Assembly (NCBI GenBank): GCA_963710755.1
Contig: CAVQBK010000003.1
Location: 544,001-608,000, forward strand
Length of the DNA: 64,000 nt
Direction of reading: 5' to 3'
DNA from: an uncultured bacterium
GTDB taxonomy: Bacteria > Oederibacteriota > JAAXVQ01 > JAUVAV01
This document shows, piece by piece, positions 9,198 to 19,725 of the stretch. The notes beneath the pieces were generated by a model. That model did not search any database, had not been told where the DNA came from, and was given only the letters and a program-made list of their open reading frames with translations. A program made the translations under genes and the position numbers. The number at the start of each line of letters is the position of its first letter. Within the stretch, counting starts at the first letter, position 1.

Positions 9198-10589
9198 ATG
9201 ATAAAATTTGACCAAGACCGCAGAACATTAATGCGGGAAGAGTATGAGTTTAAGCTCCGGGATGTGGATCAGCCCAATTTATACCGGGATATCTATACTT
9301 ATGAAAAACCGCCACTCATGTGCTTTAACCACCGCCATTCACCCATGAATCCACCGGAGGATATTTGGATAACAGACACCACCTTTCGAGATGGCCAGCA
9401 ATCCTTGCCCCCCTTCACGGTGGAACAAACCGTTCGCATTTATGATTTGTTGCATCGGCTTTCAGGACCCAAAGGCATTATTCGGCAAAGCGAATTTTTC
9501 CTATATACCGACAAAGACAAGCAAGCCGTGGAAAAATGCCGGGAACGGGGCTATGAATTTCCTGAAATTACTGGCTGGATAAGGGCCAAGAAGGAAGATT
9601 TGCAACTGGTCAAAGACATGGGACTTCGCGAAACCGGGATCTTGACCTCGGCTTCTGACTATCACATTTACAACAAATTAAAGATGACCAGAAGACAGGC
9701 TCTGGACAGTTATCTGGGTATTGTCAAGGCGGCCCTGGAATTGGGCATTGAACCGCGCTGTCACTTTGAAGATATTACCCGTGCTGATTTTTACGGGTTC
9801 GTGGTGCCTTTTGCCCAGGAATTGATGAAACTATCCAAAGAATCGGGCATTCCCATCAAAATCAGGGCTTGTGATACCTTGGGCTATGGTGTTACCCATG
9901 TGGGTGTGATGCTCCCGCGCAATGTCAACGGCATTGTGGCTGGTCTACGGCAATACGCCGGCGTGCCCCCGGAATTAATGGAATGGCACGGGCATAATGA
10001 TTTTTATCGGGCTCTGAGCAACTCTGTTTCCGCCTGGTTGTACGGCTGCAGCGCTATTAATGGTACGGTCTTGGGCATTGGTGAACGCACGGGCAATACG
10101 GCCATCGAAGCTCTGATTATTGAATACGTCGGTCTGCGCGGCACCTATGACGGCATGGACACTTCGGTTATCACCGAAATCGCTGATTATTTTCAAAAAG
10201 AAATGAACTTTAAAATTCCTTCCAACCAACCATTGGTAGGCTCCAATTTTAATGTGACCAAAGCCGGCATTCATGCTGATGGGCTCATGAAAGATCAGGA
10301 AATTTACAACATTTTTGATACGGAAAAAATATTGAATCGTCCGGTGGATATTGGTATTACCGACAAGTCCGGCGTGGCGGGTATTGCCTATTGGATCAAT
10401 GCCCGTTTGAAAATTCCGGAAAAGTTCAATGTAACTAAAACCCACCCCGGGGTTATAGCCATCAAGGAGTGGGTGGACAAGCAATACCAGGAAGGCCGGA
10501 TTACGGGCATCTCCGATGAAGAAATGTGGCTGCAGGCCAGGATTCATTTTTCCGAATGGGTTGGACAAATGCATCACGACCCACGCTAG
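9198..10589 (+). CDS. Re-citrate synthase-like DRE-TIM metallolyase (IPMS/homocitrate synthase family)
   Basis: DTTFRDGQQ, HGHND and GIGERTGN motifs; clostridial Re-CS-type N-terminus (DV..PNLYRDIY); adjacent to icd, with aconitase nearby. AGGAGG precedes ATG 9198. Confidence 0.8.
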   Translation: MIKFDQDRRTLMREEYEFKLRDVDQPNLYRDIYTYEKPPLMCFNHRHSPMNPPEDIWITDTTFRDGQQSLPPFTVEQTVRIYDLLHRLSGPKGIIRQSEFFLYTDKDKQAVEKCRERGYEFPEITGWIRAKKEDLQLVKDMGLRETGILTSASDYHIYNKLKMTRRQALDSYLGIVKAALELGIEPRCHFEDITRADFYGFVVPFAQELMKLSKESGIPIKIRACDTLGYGVTHVGVMLPRNVNGIVAGLRQYAGVPPELMEWHGHNDFYRALSNSVSAWLYGCSAINGTVLGIGERTGNTAIEALIIEYVGLRGTYDGMDTSVITEIADYFQKEMNFKIPSNQPLVGSNFNVTKAGIHADGLMKDQEIYNIFDTEKILNRPVDIGITDKSGVAGIAYWINARLKIPEKFNVTKTHPGVIAIKEWVDKQYQEGRITGISDEEMWLQARIHFSEWVGQMHHDPR

Positions 10590-10680
10590 TCTTCTCAAGA
10601 GGCGGCGATTTTGGTCCGGCTGGACCGAGGCTTTACTTCAATGATTACAATCAATGCATACCTATGAGTGAGGAAACAAC

Positions 10681-11922
10681 GTGACCTTAAGTTATCAAAC
10701 ACCGCAAGGCGGGCAGAGCATTACCATTAAAGACCGGAAACTGCAAGTTCCTGATCATCCCATTATTCCCTATATAGAAGGCGATGGCATTGGCCCTGAT
10801 ATCTGGGCTGCAGCCAGTAAGGTTCTAGATGCGGCGGTGGCTAAAAGCTACAGCAGCAAACGCAGTCTTAAATGGATGGAGATCTTCTGCGGGGAAAAAG
10901 CCATGCAGGCCGGCGCTTCCGCATTGCCTCAAGAAACGTTGGAGGCCATTAAAACCTACCGGGTGGCCATAAAAGGTCCTTTGACCACCCCCGTGGGCGG
11001 CGGGTTTCGATCTTTGAATGTCAGTCTCCGTCAAAAATTGGACCTGTACGCCTGCGTCCGGCCGGTACGCTATTATCAGGGCACGCCGGCACCGGTCAAA
11101 GCCCCGGAAAAGTTAAACGTGGTTATCTTTCGCGAGAATACGGAGGACGTTTATGCAGGTATTGAATGGCCGTCGGGCAGTGAACAAGCGGTTAAACTGG
11201 CCAACTTCGTAACCCATGAACTCAAAACAGCGGTGAACCCGGATGCCGGCATCGGCATCAAGCCCATCACCAAAGCCAACACCGCCCGGATTGTGCGGGC
11301 GGCAATTCATCATGCCCTTAACCATCATCTGCCGTCGGTGACCTTGGTGCATAAAGGCAATATTATGAAATATACGGAAGGCGCTTTTCGCGACTGGGGC
11401 TACGAACTTGCAGCTCAGGAATTTGGCGACCGGACGGTAACGGAAAAAGAATTGTGGGAAAACTATAACGGCACAATGCCGGCAGGTAAAGTGCTCATCA
11501 AGGACCGCATTGCAGATGCCATGTTTCAACAAGTGTTATTGCGACCCGATGAATATTCGGTGATTGCTACCATGAATTTAAACGGTGATTATCTTTCTGA
11601 TGCCTGCGCCGCCCAAGTAGGCGGTCTGGGGATGGCCCCGGGTGCTAATCTGAGTGATGAGCTGGCTCTCTTTGAAGCCACCCATGGCACGGCACCGAAA
11701 TACGCCGGCCAGGATAAAGTCAATCCCGGTTCCTTAATTTTGTCAGGGGTGATGATGCTGGAACATCTGGGCTGGCAAGAGGCTGCCGCAGCGGTGAAGG
11801 CGGCCGTGGAAAAGACCATAATGAATAAAACCGTGACCTATGATTTGGCCAGACAAATGGAAGGTGCCAAGGAGATGAAATGCAGTGCCTTTGCGGAGGC
11901 CATTATTGAGAATTTGGCCTAA
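10681..11922 (+). CDS. icd: NADP-dependent isocitrate dehydrogenase
   Basis: [34 protein letters not shown] and [10 protein letters not shown] motifs. Confidence 0.95.
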   Translation: MTLSYQTPQGGQSITIKDRKLQVPDHPIIPYIEGDGIGPDIWAAASKVLDAAVAKSYSSKRSLKWMEIFCGEKAMQAGASALPQETLEAIKTYRVAIKGPLTTPVGGGFRSLNVSLRQKLDLYACVRPVRYYQGTPAPVKAPEKLNVVIFRENTEDVYAGIEWPSGSEQAVKLANFVTHELKTAVNPDAGIGIKPITKANTARIVRAAIHHALNHHLPSVTLVHKGNIMKYTEGAFRDWGYELAAQEFGDRTVTEKELWENYNGTMPAGKVLIKDRIADAMFQQVLLRPDEYSVIATMNLNGDYLSDACAAQVGGLGMAPGANLSDELALFEATHGTAPKYAGQDKVNPGSLILSGVMMLEHLGWQEAAAAVKAAVEKTIMNKTVTYDLARQMEGAKEMKCSAFAEAIIENLA

Positions 11923-11954
11923 GCCGAAGCGGCTGGGCGGAAAAGAGCAGTCAC

Positions 11955-12212
11955 ATGAGCCAACAAACCTTGATCAAAGAAAAAGAAAAAAAAGAAAGAC
12001 TTCATAGCGACGAAGCCAAGATCATCATGAAAGAAGTGGAACGGCGTTTTTCAATGTTGGAAGAGAGCCTGGACGGGTTTAAAAAAGAGATCCGCGACAC
12101 TTTTTTAGCCATGGAACATACCCTGGAGACCTTGAGCTTGAAAATGGTGGAATTGCAGTCGGAATTGCTTGACTGGGAAGATCTTCCTCCTGGCAGTGTT
12201 TCCAAACACTGA
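11955..12212 (+). CDS. Small hypothetical coiled-coil protein
   Basis: 85-aa ORF with a heptad-like E/K/L pattern, located between icd and a terminator. Confidence 0.55.
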   Translation: MSQQTLIKEKEKKERLHSDEAKIIMKEVERRFSMLEESLDGFKKEIRDTFLAMEHTLETLSLKMVELQSELLDWEDLPPGSVSKH

Positions 12213-12237
12213 CCAGGCACCACCTGCATAAATAATG

Positions 12238-12268
12238 AAAGGCGGTTCTCAGGAACCGCCTTTTTTTT
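12238..12268 (+). terminator. Intrinsic terminator
   Basis: GGCGGTTC-TCAG-GAACCGCC followed by T8. Confidence 0.9.
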
Positions 12269-12375
12269 AAAAAAGAGCCTGCTGATCTTTTGTTGGCCTA
12301 GGGCTTATCGGCATGATAACATGTAAGGTACCCTTAAGGGAAAAGGAATATGATCAAAGGAGTGACACTAGACCA

Positions 12376-14157
12376 ATGCAGTGCACTAAGCGGGGAAACA
12401 AAGCTTGTCTTGTGGCCGCCGGGCTATTGGCGCTGGGTGTCTTACTGAACCCCGGTCCAGGTCTGGCCTTTTTTACCAATCAGTCGGCAGAAGTGGTGAT
12501 CGGGCAGCAGGACATGACCAGCCATGGCGTTAACCAGGGAGGCACCCCCACGGCCAAAACGCTGGCTTCTCCTTACTCGGTTTTCACTCTAGGCACCAAA
12601 GTTTTTATTGCCGATACGGCTAATAACCGGGTCCTGATTTATAATCAGATTCCCACCAATAACAATGTCCCGGCTAATGTGGTAATTGGTCAGCCGGATA
12701 TGTCATCAAAAAACCCCAATCAGGGGGGCACCCCTACGGCACAGACGCTTAATCAGCCTGCGTCCGTTTTCACGGACGGCACTAAGTTATTCATCGCCGA
12801 TAAAAATAACCACCGCGTGCTGATTTATAATTCCATTCCCAGCGCCAATAATGCGTCTGCGGATTTGGAAGTGGGGCAACCGAGCATGAACACCGGTAAT
12901 ATCAATTATGGCGGCCTAAGTGCCAGCAGCCTCTACGCCCCCCAATCGGTTTATTATAACGGCACCAAATTATTTATTGCCGACACGGCGAACAACCGGG
13001 TACTCATTTTTAATGTCCTGCCTGCAGTCAACCATGCTGCGGCCAATGTGATCATTGGACAATATTATCCCACTTATAATACGGTTAACTATGGCGGGCT
13101 TTCTGGTAAAAGCTTGTATACGCCCACAGCGGTTACCGGCGATGGCACGCATCTGTTCATCGCTGACAGCAACAATAACCGGGTGCTGATTTTCAATTCC
13201 ATTCCCACGGTGGACTGGACTGCCGCCGATTTTGTGGTAGGCCAAACAAGCATGACGGCCAATGCGGCCAACCAGGGCTACAGCAACCCTACGGCTCGGA
13301 CGCTTTATAGCCCGGTGGGTCTTTACGCCAATGCGACTAAGCTTTTTGTTGTGGATTACTATAATAGCCGGGCGCTTATCTATAACAGTATTCCTGCTGC
13401 TAATAATGCCGCTGCTGATATGGTGTTGGGCCAGCCGAATATGACCTCGCGCCTGGCCAACCAGGGGGCGGCGGCCGAAGCCTATACCCTTAATCTTCCC
13501 TATTCAATCATCTTAAGCAGCAATAAGTTGCTGGTGGCGGACACCAGCAATAATCGCGGCTTGGTATACTTGGATATTACGCCAACCTTTACCGCATCAC
13601 CCACGCCCACCAAAACCGGGACTCCCACCTTCACGCCCACACCCAGCATTAGCGCTACCTATACGCCTACATTCACGTTTACACCCACGGCTACCGGTAC
13701 ACCTACCAAGACCGCCTCCCCTACGCCTTCGCCCACCTATACAGCCAGCCCCACCTTCACGGCTTCACCCACAGCCACCCCCACGCCCACCATCACCTCC
13801 ACGTCTACCGTGACCTTTACGCGTACGCTTACGGTGAGTGCCACGGTTACCCTGACGATTACGCCCTATCAAGTGGACCAAAACACAGTATTAACCTATC
13901 CCTCGCCAGCTACGGGAAATCAAGTATGGTTTTATTATCAAATTCAAGGGCCTGCGCAAGTGCGTATTCGGATTTTCAACATCGTCGGTGAACAGGGCCC
14001 CACTTTGCACAACAGCCATGGCGCCGGCAGGTTTGGCCGCACCATGTGGGATACCAGCCAAGTAGCCTCGGGCATTTACCTTTACAAAATAATCATCGAC
14101 GATCAAAGCGGCCACCGCGAAATAGGTCCTAAAAAAATCGTGATTGTTAAGAAATAA
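12376..14157 (+). CDS. Secreted NHL-repeat beta-propeller protein with a Pro/Thr linker and a FlgD/Por-tail-like C-terminal domain
   Basis: Signal peptide; six approximately 62-aa repeats (V.GQ...L..P..V....LFIAD..NNRVLI); TPT linker; YPSP...IFNI.GE...WD...VASGIY...KIVIVK. Confidence 0.85.
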   Translation: MQCTKRGNKACLVAAGLLALGVLLNPGPGLAFFTNQSAEVVIGQQDMTSHGVNQGGTPTAKTLASPYSVFTLGTKVFIADTANNRVLIYNQIPTNNNVPANVVIGQPDMSSKNPNQGGTPTAQTLNQPASVFTDGTKLFIADKNNHRVLIYNSIPSANNASADLEVGQPSMNTGNINYGGLSASSLYAPQSVYYNGTKLFIADTANNRVLIFNVLPAVNHAAANVIIGQYYPTYNTVNYGGLSGKSLYTPTAVTGDGTHLFIADSNNNRVLIFNSIPTVDWTAADFVVGQTSMTANAANQGYSNPTARTLYSPVGLYANATKLFVVDYYNSRALIYNSIPAANNAAADMVLGQPNMTSRLANQGAAAEAYTLNLPYSIILSSNKLLVADTSNNRGLVYLDITPTFTASPTPTKTGTPTFTPTPSISATYTPTFTFTPTATGTPTKTASPTPSPTYTASPTFTASPTATPTPTITSTSTVTFTRTLTVSATVTLTITPYQVDQNTVLTYPSPATGNQVWFYYQIQGPAQVRIRIFNIVGEQGPTLHNSHGAGRFGRTMWDTSQVASGIYLYKIIIDDQSGHREIGPKKIVIVKK

Positions 14158-14272
14158 TTTCCAGCCCAGGCGTTTACCCCTGAGGAACGGGGGTTTCCTT
14201 GTGTCTGGGAATATTGATCCTATTATTGAACCAGTGCCGGTTGTGGCTGGCTCCAATCCAAAGGAGGAATAA

Positions 14273-15211
14273 ATGGCAAGAGCAAAGATAACGGTCATTG
14301 GGGCCGGTAATGTGGGCGCGTCCGTGGCGCAGCAGATTTTAGAACAACGATTAGGTGATGTGGTCATGGTGGATATTGCCGAGGGGTTAGCCCAAGGCAA
14401 AGCCCTCGATCTCAATCAGGCAGGCACGGTCCTGGGTTATACCGGCCAGGCGACCGGCACGGCTAATTATCATCTCACGGCCGGCTCCGAGGTGATCGTG
14501 ATTACCTCCGGTGCGGCCCGCAAGCCCGGCATGAGCCGCGATGACTTGCTCAAAATCAATTTTGACATTGTAAAAAGCGTGAGCCAGCAAGCCCTGGCCC
14601 ATTCCCCTCAAGCCATAGTGATCGTGGTCACCAACCCGCTTGATGCCATGGCCTATACAGCTTTTAAAACGTGTGGCTTGGATCCCAAACGCATTGTGGG
14701 CATGGCCGGTATTTTGGATTCAGCCCGTTACCGCTGGTTTTTATCACAAGCCATGTCGGTATCGTCGCAAGTAGTGGCGGCCACGGTACTTGGTGGCCAC
14801 GGCGATGACATGGTGCCCTGTGTGCCCATGACGCGGGTGGCCGGCGCGGCGGTGACAGAGCTGTTGCCTAAAGAGCCCTTGGAAGCTATAATTAACCGCA
14901 CTCGCAACGGTGGCGGGGAGATGGTCAAACTCCTGCAAAGCGGCAGTGCTTATTATGCTCCGGCCGCGGCCACGGTCAGGATGGTGGCCTCCATCTTGAG
15001 AGATGAACGGGCCTTGTTACCCTGCGCAGCTTATTTGCAGGGGGCCTATGGCTTTAAGGATATATTCCTCGGCGTACCGGTGGTGTTAGGGCGTGAGGGT
15101 ATCGAACAGGTGGTGGAGATCGCCTTGAACCCGGAGGATCAGAAAGCTTTGGCCCAGAGTGCGGCTTCTGTAGAAGGTCTGTGCCGCCAAATCGATCAAT
15201 GGTTAAATTAA
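14273..15211 (+). CDS. mdh: Malate dehydrogenase (LDH-like)
   Basis: GAGNVG, RKPGMSRDDLL, GILDSAR and GGHGD motifs. Confidence 0.95.
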   Translation: MARAKITVIGAGNVGASVAQQILEQRLGDVVMVDIAEGLAQGKALDLNQAGTVLGYTGQATGTANYHLTAGSEVIVITSGAARKPGMSRDDLLKINFDIVKSVSQQALAHSPQAIVIVVTNPLDAMAYTAFKTCGLDPKRIVGMAGILDSARYRWFLSQAMSVSSQVVAATVLGGHGDDMVPCVPMTRVAGAAVTELLPKEPLEAIINRTRNGGGEMVKLLQSGSAYYAPAAATVRMVASILRDERALLPCAAYLQGAYGFKDIFLGVPVVLGREGIEQVVEIALNPEDQKALAQSAASVEGLCRQIDQWLN

Positions 15212-15302
15212 AATAGGTTTAAAAAAGACGCCGGCTGAATTTGGATACACAACCAATTTTAAAGGATCTGCCCAATCTTAGGCTGGGCCAGGGAGGAAAA
15301 GT

Positions 15303-16145
15303 ATGCGCGATATTAGAATGGATTACATTGCTGCCGAGATTGCAGCGGCTATTCAACAGATCAACTTCAAAGCGAATCCTGAAATAACAACAGCCATAAA
15401 AACAGCCGTGCTGGATGAAGTTTCTCCTTTGGGCAGACAAGCCCTGGAAATACTGCAGGAGAATGCCGAAAAAGCCGAAGCCGGAGTTTTTCCCCTTTGC
15501 CAGGATACAGGGCTCATCGTGGTATTTGCCCAAATCGGCGATGAAGTGCGCATCAGCGGGGGGTTACTTTATGATGCGGTGCAGGAAGGCGTGCGCCAAG
15601 CCACGGACCAGGGACGGCTGCGCAGGTCGGTGACGGTCCATCCCATTACCCGTGGCAACAGCGGGGACAACACACCTGCCATTGTGCATCAGGAAATTGT
15701 CAAAGGTGATAAATTGAAATTGGCTATCATGGCTAAAGGCGGCGGCTGCGAAAATGCCAGTCGCCTGGCCATGCTCCCCCCTTCCGCCAGCCGGCATGGC
15801 GTGGGTGATTTTGTGGTATCCTCCATCCGCGAGACCGGCGCTGCCAGCTGTCCGCCGTTGATCGTGGGCGTGGGGGTGGGTGGTAATTTTGAGACCGCGC
15901 CCTTGTTGGCCAAAAAAGCGCTGCTGCGCCCGATCGGCCAGCCTTCACCTGATCCGGAATTGGCCAAGATGGAGGAAGTCTTTTTAAAACGGATCAATGA
16001 GTTGGGCATTGGACCTCAGGGCTGGGGCGGCTCCACTACCGCACTTTCGGTGGCCATTGAAGCCGCGCCCTGTCACATCGCATCCTTGCCGGTGGCCGTC
16101 AATGTGGAGTGTCACAGTCATCGTTTGGCGGAGGTGGAATTATGA
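15303..16145 (+). CDS. Class I fumarate hydratase, alpha subunit
   Basis: CQDTG, KGGGCEN, CPP and CHIASLPV..CHSHR motifs. Confidence 0.9.
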   Translation: MRDIRMDYIAAEIAAAIQQINFKANPEITTAIKTAVLDEVSPLGRQALEILQENAEKAEAGVFPLCQDTGLIVVFAQIGDEVRISGGLLYDAVQEGVRQATDQGRLRRSVTVHPITRGNSGDNTPAIVHQEIVKGDKLKLAIMAKGGGCENASRLAMLPPSASRHGVGDFVVSSIRETGAASCPPLIVGVGVGGNFETAPLLAKKALLRPIGQPSPDPELAKMEEVFLKRINELGIGPQGWGGSTTALSVAIEAAPCHIASLPVAVNVECHSHRLAEVEL

Positions 16146-16705
16146 GTCACATTAACCTGCAATTACCGTTGGATAAAAATATTTTGCATGAACTGAAAGT
16201 GGGACAATGGATATACCTCAGCGGCTCCCTGGTAACAGCCCGTGATGCCGCGCTGCGCAAAATCAATGATTTTATCGCCGAGACCAAGAAACCGCCGGTG
16301 GATTTTGCAGGACAATTGCTTTATTTTGTCGGCCCGACACCGCCGGCAGCAGGTGAAGCCATCGGTTCCGCCGGGCCTACTACCAGCAATCGCATGGAAT
16401 CATTCATGCCCGCGCTGTTGGAATCAGGGGTAGTCGGCTTCATGGGTAAAGGTCCTTTAAGCAGTGGAGCCGTGGCCGAAGTGCAGCGCCATGGTGCGCT
16501 TTATCTGGCGGCTGTTGGTGGTGCCGGAGCCTATTATGGCTCCAAGATCAAAGGTGCTGCCCTGTTGGCTTTTGAAGAGCTGGGACCGGAAGCGATCTAT
16601 AGTCTGCATGTGGAAAATTTCCCCGCAGTGGTGGCTTTGGATTTGCATGGTGGTAATCTCTTTGAAGAAGGCCCCAAAGCCTACGTCAAACATGAAGAGG
16701 CCTAG
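16142..16705 (+). CDS. Class I fumarate hydratase, beta subunit
   Basis: TARDAA, GPTTSNRM and ELGPEA motifs; ATGA overlap with the alpha subunit. Confidence 0.9.
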   Translation: MSHINLQLPLDKNILHELKVGQWIYLSGSLVTARDAALRKINDFIAETKKPPVDFAGQLLYFVGPTPPAAGEAIGSAGPTTSNRMESFMPALLESGVVGFMGKGPLSSGAVAEVQRHGALYLAAVGGAGAYYGSKIKGAALLAFEELGPEAIYSLHVENFPAVVALDLHGGNLFEEGPKAYVKHEEA

Positions 16706-16929
16706 AGCAGGAACGATTAGATTTTGCATAAGTAAGCTCAACGTTTTTTGCGACGATAGCCTTGCTTATCGCCGACGCCTTGTAATTTAAGGGTCTAATC
16801 CGTATCCTGAATATAGGCACAACCCATTGTGGCCTGCGACGAGAAACAGTGCCGGCCACCGCGTTCACAGCCACTGTTCCCTGATGCCCAAAGCACAGAA
16901 ATAAAACCCATCATGATTGAGGTGATATT

Positions 16930-18918
16930 GTGAATAAAAAAATTAGCTTAAAAAAATCAGCCAAGCCTGCAACTGCCAAAGGCCGTGCACGGAATGCCGC
17001 TGAAAAAATACTTGGCCGTCATTTGGTGGCAGGCGAGCTCACGCCCGGCGCTACTTTGGCCATCAAAATTGATCAGACCTTGACCCAGGACGCGACAGGG
17101 ACCATGGCTTGGCTTCAGTTTGAAGCCCTGGGCTTGAAGAAAGTAAGGACAGAGTTGTCCTTGTCCTACGTGGACCATAATACCCTGCAAACGGGATTTG
17201 AAAATGCTGATGATCATGCCTTTCTGCAAACCACGGCCAACAAATTCGGCGCCATTTTTTCCAAGCCCGGCAATGGCATATGCCATCAAGTGCATTTGGA
17301 AAAATTCGGCAAACCCGGTAAAACCCTGCTGGGTTCTGATTCCCACACCCCCACAGGCGGCGGATTGGGCATGATCGCCATCGGCGCCGGCGGTCTGGAT
17401 GTGGCGGCAGCCATGGGAGGCGCGCCCTTTTATCTGACTTGTCCGGAGGTCATCAATATTCATCTGACCGGCCGGCTTTCCCGGCAAGTCTCCGCCAAGG
17501 ATGTAATCCTGGAAGTACTGCGTCGTCTTTCCGTGAAAGGCGGGGTGGGCAAAATTCTGGAATACACCGGGCCGGGAGTTAAAACCCTGTCCGTGCCGGA
17601 GCGTGCCACCATTACCAATATGGGCGCTGAAACGGGTGCCACCACTAGCCTGTTTCCGGCTGATGAAGTGACCAAGGCTTTTTTAATTTATCAGGGCCGG
17701 GGACGTGACTTTACCGCTATTACGCCTGACAAAGGTGCGGTTTATTCTGGCGGGACGATTGAGATTGACCTTTCCGCTTTGGAACCCTTGGCAGCCTGCC
17801 CGCATTCACCGGATGCGGTTAAACCCGTGAGAACGCTCAAAGGTCTCAAGCCGCAGCAGGTGGTGATCGGGTCATGCACCAATTCCTCTCTGGCCGATCT
17901 GGTGACCGTGGCCGGCATCGTGGCCGGCCGGCAGGTACACCCCAATGTCTCTCTGGTCATTACCCCCGGTTCCCAGCAAGTACTCAATGCCATGGCCAAC
18001 AACGGCGCCTTGGCGGCCTTGATCGCCGCCGGTGCCCGGGTGCAGGAACCGGCCTGCGGTGCCTGTATCGGCATGGGTCAGGCGCCGGCATCGGGTGCGG
18101 TGACACTGAGAACCTTTAACCGCAATTTTAAAGGTCGCTCAGGCACCAAGGATGCTGAAGTTTATTTGGTATCGCCGCAAACCGCTGCGGCCGCGGCTTT
18201 GGCGGGTCAGGTGGTTGATCCTCGAACCATTACCAATATTAAAAAATTGGCGATGCCCAAGAAAGCCGAAGTTCATTCCAGTCTGGTAATCCTGCCCAAG
18301 AAAGGCGCTACCGACAAGTTGGCCATTGTGCGCGGGCCCAACATCAAACCATTACCTGTTTTCAATCCTTTGCCGGCGGAAGATAAGGGCGTGGTGCTGG
18401 CCAAATGGGGTGACCATATTACCACCGATGACATTATGCCCGCCGGGGCCAAGGTACTGCCCTTGCGGTCCAACATTCCTGCTATTGCCCAATATGTATT
18501 TTCCGGACTGGATCACAGCTTTGCCGACAGAGCCAAAGCCGCGCAGGGCGGATACATCATCGGCGGGGAAAATTATGGACAAGGTTCGTCCCGGGAACAT
18601 GCTGCCCTGGCACCGCGTTATCTGGGCATACGAGTGGTGATCGCCAAGTCCTTTGCCCGCATTCACGGCGCCAACCTTATCAACTTTGGTATCCTGCCTT
18701 TAACCTTTGCCAACAGCAACGACTATAATCTGATTAAAGACGGCGACGAGCTTTTTCTGCCGGAGTTGAAAAAACGCATCAAAAAAGGGGAGCCCTTGAA
18801 GGTGCACAATCTTTCCTCAGGCCATGAGATCGACGTCACCTATCAATGGTCAGCCATGGAAAAAGAAATTATCCTGGCCGGCGGAAAATTAAATTATTTA
18901 AAAGTTTTGCTTAAGTAA
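16930..18918 (+). CDS. Aconitate hydratase
   Basis: QDATG, DHN, DSHT, GSCTN, CGACIG and GSSREHA motifs. Confidence 0.93.
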   Translation: MNKKISLKKSAKPATAKGRARNAAEKILGRHLVAGELTPGATLAIKIDQTLTQDATGTMAWLQFEALGLKKVRTELSLSYVDHNTLQTGFENADDHAFLQTTANKFGAIFSKPGNGICHQVHLEKFGKPGKTLLGSDSHTPTGGGLGMIAIGAGGLDVAAAMGGAPFYLTCPEVINIHLTGRLSRQVSAKDVILEVLRRLSVKGGVGKILEYTGPGVKTLSVPERATITNMGAETGATTSLFPADEVTKAFLIYQGRGRDFTAITPDKGAVYSGGTIEIDLSALEPLAACPHSPDAVKPVRTLKGLKPQQVVIGSCTNSSLADLVTVAGIVAGRQVHPNVSLVITPGSQQVLNAMANNGALAALIAAGARVQEPACGACIGMGQAPASGAVTLRTFNRNFKGRSGTKDAEVYLVSPQTAAAAALAGQVVDPRTITNIKKLAMPKKAEVHSSLVILPKKGATDKLAIVRGPNIKPLPVFNPLPAEDKGVVLAKWGDHITTDDIMPAGAKVLPLRSNIPAIAQYVFSGLDHSFADRAKAAQGGYIIGGENYGQGSSREHAALAPRYLGIRVVIAKSFARIHGANLINFGILPLTFANSNDYNLIKDGDELFLPELKKRIKKGEPLKVHNLSSGHEIDVTYQWSAMEKEIILAGGKLNYLKVLLK

Positions 18919-19077
18919 CCACAACAAGACGGTCCGTAAGGAAGGAAGCAGAGGCAAAATTATTTTACCCCGCGCCTATACTTACAATCGTCCTGTTGAT
19001 TAAGGACGTTAATTACTGGAAGACGGGATACCCACTGGGCATCAGCGCACAAAAAGAAAAAATCATAGGAGGATATT

Positions 19078-19653
19078 ATGCGCGTACGTTATCTTTTTAC
19101 TCTGGCGGTACTACTTTTCGTTTGGAGCGGCTGTTCCAGCACACCGGTAACCCAGTCTTCATCGGAGACAGCAGGTGATCAGGCCGCGGCCACGCCAACA
19201 GCGACAGAACCAACGCCTACCCCGCAGGCCTATCATGAAGCGGTTATTGAAACCAACAAAGGTACGATTGTCTTTAAATTTTTTCCCGAAGTTGCTCCCA
19301 AGACAGTGGAAAATTTTGTTGCGTTGGCCAACAAAAAATTTTATGACGGTTTAACCTGGCATCGCGTGGAACCGGGTTTTGTCATTCAGGGCGGTGACCC
19401 CAACGGCAATGGCACCGGAGGACCGGGGTACACCATTAAAGCAGAATTCAATGACAAGCCACATCTCAAGGGCACGGTGGCTATGGCGCGCGCCCAGGAT
19501 CCGGATTCCGCGGGCAGCCAATTTTATATTTGCCTGGCCCCGGCGCCTTTTCTAGATCACAAGTATACGGTTTTTGGTCAGGTGACGGAAGGCATGGGTG
19601 TGGTGGAGGCCATCCGGGTGGGAGACCGCATGCTGCATGTGGACGTTCGTTAA
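19078..19653 (+). CDS. Cyclophilin-type PPIase, lipoprotein
   Basis: Lipobox VWSGC; [19 protein letters not shown] and AGSQFYI motifs. Confidence 0.92.
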   Translation: MRVRYLFTLAVLLFVWSGCSSTPVTQSSSETAGDQAAATPTATEPTPTPQAYHEAVIETNKGTIVFKFFPEVAPKTVENFVALANKKFYDGLTWHRVEPGFVIQGGDPNGNGTGGPGYTIKAEFNDKPHLKGTVAMARAQDPDSAGSQFYICLAPAPFLDHKYTVFGQVTEGMGVVEAIRVGDRMLHVDVR

Positions 19654-19725
19654 TGGCAAGTTATATAACCGCACAGGTTGTTCATCAGGCCTGCAGCTTG
19701 CAGGCAACAACAGGAGATCCTACTC

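Noticed and set aside
18928-18955. SRP RNA-like GGTCCGTAAGGAAGGAAGCAG
   Set aside because: It lacks the CAGG/AGCA symmetric loop in the right register and has no long enclosing stem; it sits immediately after the aconitase stop.
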